A stretch of 63,471 bases of DNA, the filler included, from Octopus bimaculoides (lineage: Eukaryota), in the NCBI RefSeq assembly GCF_001194135.2. It is 6 parts of 6 records of this genome, joined end to end, with 100 filler letters (N's around TTAATTAATTAA, not from the genome) between each part and the next. Parts side by side here need not be neighbours in the genome. Positions count along the whole stretch, not along the records: positions 55,218 to 62,063 come from NW_026396945.1; positions 62,164 to 63,471 come from NC_068990.1; 4 more parts are not named here. The stretch is one strand, 5' to 3'. The position numbers and the translations under genes were made by a program. Below, piece by piece: positions 61,474 through 63,471 of this stretch (position 1 is its first letter; every line of letters starts with the position of its first letter). Below the pieces are notes generated by a model that made no database searches, was not told where the DNA came from, and saw only the letters and a list, made by a program, of their open reading frames with translations.

Positions 61474-61790
61474 TAACGTCCGCTTTCCATGCTAGCATGG
61501 GTTGGACGATTTGACTGAGGACTGGTGAAACCAGATGGCTACGCCAGGCTCCAATCTGATTTGGCAGAGTTTCTACAGCTGGATGTCCTTCCTAACGCCA
61601 ACCACTCTGCGAGTGTAATGGGTGCTTTTACGTGCCACCAGCACGAAGGCCAGTCAGGCGGTACTGGCAACAGCCACACTCAAAATGGTGTATTTTACAT
61701 GCCACTCGCACAAGATCCAGTCCAGGGGCACTGGTAACGATCTCGCTCGAAAGTCCTTACACATGCCACGGGCACAAGTGCCAGAAAAGC
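61474..61790 (-). mobile_element. RTE-type 3' end (same family as 2672-3113)
   Basis: Reverse complement of 2680-3090 with a single internal unit. Confidence 0.75.
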
Positions 61791-61895
61791 GATGCTGGGC
61801 ACAGGTGCCATCACGATTTCGCTTGCCCCAATATGTCTTCGCAAGCTGAATTTTGTGTCCAATGAAGATGATGTTGGCATGGGTGCCAGTCATCG

Positions 61896-62063
61896 AATTT
61901 AACTCGATTTCGATTTCACTTGCCTCAACAGGTCTTCACAAGTGGAGTTTAGTGTCCAATTTAACTCGATTTCAATTTCACTTGCCTCAACAGGTCTTCA
62001 CAAGTGGAGTTTAGTGTCCAATTTAACTCGATTTCAATTTCACTTGCCTCAACAGGTCTTCAC
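61896..62063. repeat. 62-bp tandem repeat (~2.7 units, runs into gap)
   Basis: Units start at 61896, 61958 and 62020 (aatttaactcgatttc.atttcacttgcctcaacaggtcttcacaagtggagtttagtgtcc). Confidence 0.9.
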
Positions 62064-62163
62064 NNNNNNNNNNNNNNNNNNNNNNNNNNNNNNNNNNNNN
62101 NNNNNNNTTAATTAATTAANNNNNNNNNNNNNNNNNNNNNNNNNNNNNNNNNNNNNNNNNNNN

Positions 62164-62199
<36 letters not shown>

Positions 62200-62234
62200 T
62201 TATATATATATATATATGTATATATACACGAACT

Positions 62235-62438
62235 CAGACTGGGCGTTGTGAGTGTTTATTGAGCGAAAACACCTAAATCTCCGCAAGGCACCGACAGGGG
62301 GTGCAGGCAAATCCTGCTATATTCTTTAACCACCACGTGTCTGTGGAGTGCTCAGCCACTTGCACGTTAATTTCACGAGCAGGCTGTTCCGTTGATCAGA
62401 GCGACTGGAACCCTCGTCGTTGTAACCGACGGAGTCCC
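62235..62438 (+). mobile_element. SINE family C with internal deletion
   Basis: cagactgggcgttgtgagtgtttattgagcgaaaacacctaaa joins directly to cacgtgtctgtggagtgctcagccacttgcacg. Confidence 0.8.
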
Positions 62439-63471
62439 TCGAATGCACGCGCACACACATACATACACACACACATATACATACACACATACATAATACA
62501 TACACTCAGTAACACATACATATACTCACAAATACACCAATCCACACGCTCACCTCTTTACATATATACTGAGAAAGCAGACGACATAGACGAAAAGGAA
62601 ATAGAACAACAAATATAAACAGCAACAGCAAAAACTGGACAACATTATACCTATATATAATTCTAGATTTTCCACAAATTGCATTCTTGACATTTACGCT
62701 GTGATATATCTTCTCTGTGTATGATGAATAGACGTATGTATGCTTGAATATATATATATATGGATATGTGTGCGCATTCATTTATGTATATCTTATATGC
62801 GTATATATCTTTTATCAGTGTTTAAATACGTTTACATATACGCACACATACGCTTAACGAATCACCCGCTCATTCACATATGTACATCTGCATACAATGA
62901 GAAGGACAGAACTTCAATGAACGAAAGAGAAAGTACGCTAAGAAAAATGAATGAAAGCATGGTGAGAAGGGTGAAATAAAACAAGGTCACCAAATGCTCT
63001 GCGCTCATACGGACAACAGATAACCTAAATCTGCCGCATCAGTTTAAACACTTTAGGTTTTACCGTTGATTCTAAAGTTTCGTATCACAGATTGCATGTC
63101 ATTCTCATGCCATCACCCAAAAACTTGAAGACATATCGATCTTACTTCGTTCCAGATGAGAGGTTTTAAATATTATTATTTTTTAGTGTTGTTGTTTTAT
63201 GTAATTCCTGTGCTTATTAAAATGATGTAACATGGTTTGCTGCTTTCTGACATTCATTCACGACAGTTCTATATTTATATTAACAACCCGGTTCATGCAC
63301 GCTCTTTACGCCTCTTCTCTGTTCCTTTCTGTCACTATTTTCGTTTTGTGCACGGCTACACTTGCATGAAATGACAAACACATGCAAACATGCAGAACTC
63401 CTCTGTATAGATGTGTGTGTGTGTGTGTGTGTGTGTGTGTCAGCGACACACACACATATACATTTATATAT

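Overview
Animal genomic DNA from a gapped draft assembly. It is AT-rich, microsatellite-dense and packed with SINEs, LINE fragments and DNA transposons. The SINE and microsatellite repertoire looks like a coleoid cephalopod (Octopus-like), which is inference from recall rather than a database hit. Only one convincing host gene is visible: a single-exon effector caspase (caspase-3/7-like, 36960-37745, +). It has intact SHG/QACRG catalytic motifs, an ETS-CRE composite promoter motif about 290-350 bp upstream, an in-frame upstream ATG blocked by one TAG, and an unusual substrate-binding loop (SYTRN instead of SWRN). The rest is mobile DNA: at least four tRNA-derived SINE types with shuffled heads and tails; maT (DD37D) and mariner relics, including an amplified derivative made of two inverted left ends; GGATC-terminated MITEs with 8-bp TSDs carrying telomere-like repeats; piggyBac and hAT MITEs; a Helitron; RTE, Tx1/L1, R4/Dong-like, HERO-like and L2/CR1-like LINE pieces; a Ty3/gypsy fragment; and a Penelope-like tail with a hammerhead-like fold. 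N-gaps containing TTAATTAATTAA are artificial scaffold joins, so adjacency across them is unreliable. No rRNA, true tRNA gene or CRISPR array is supported. Repeat coordinates were read by eye and may be off by a few bases unless a TSD is quoted.
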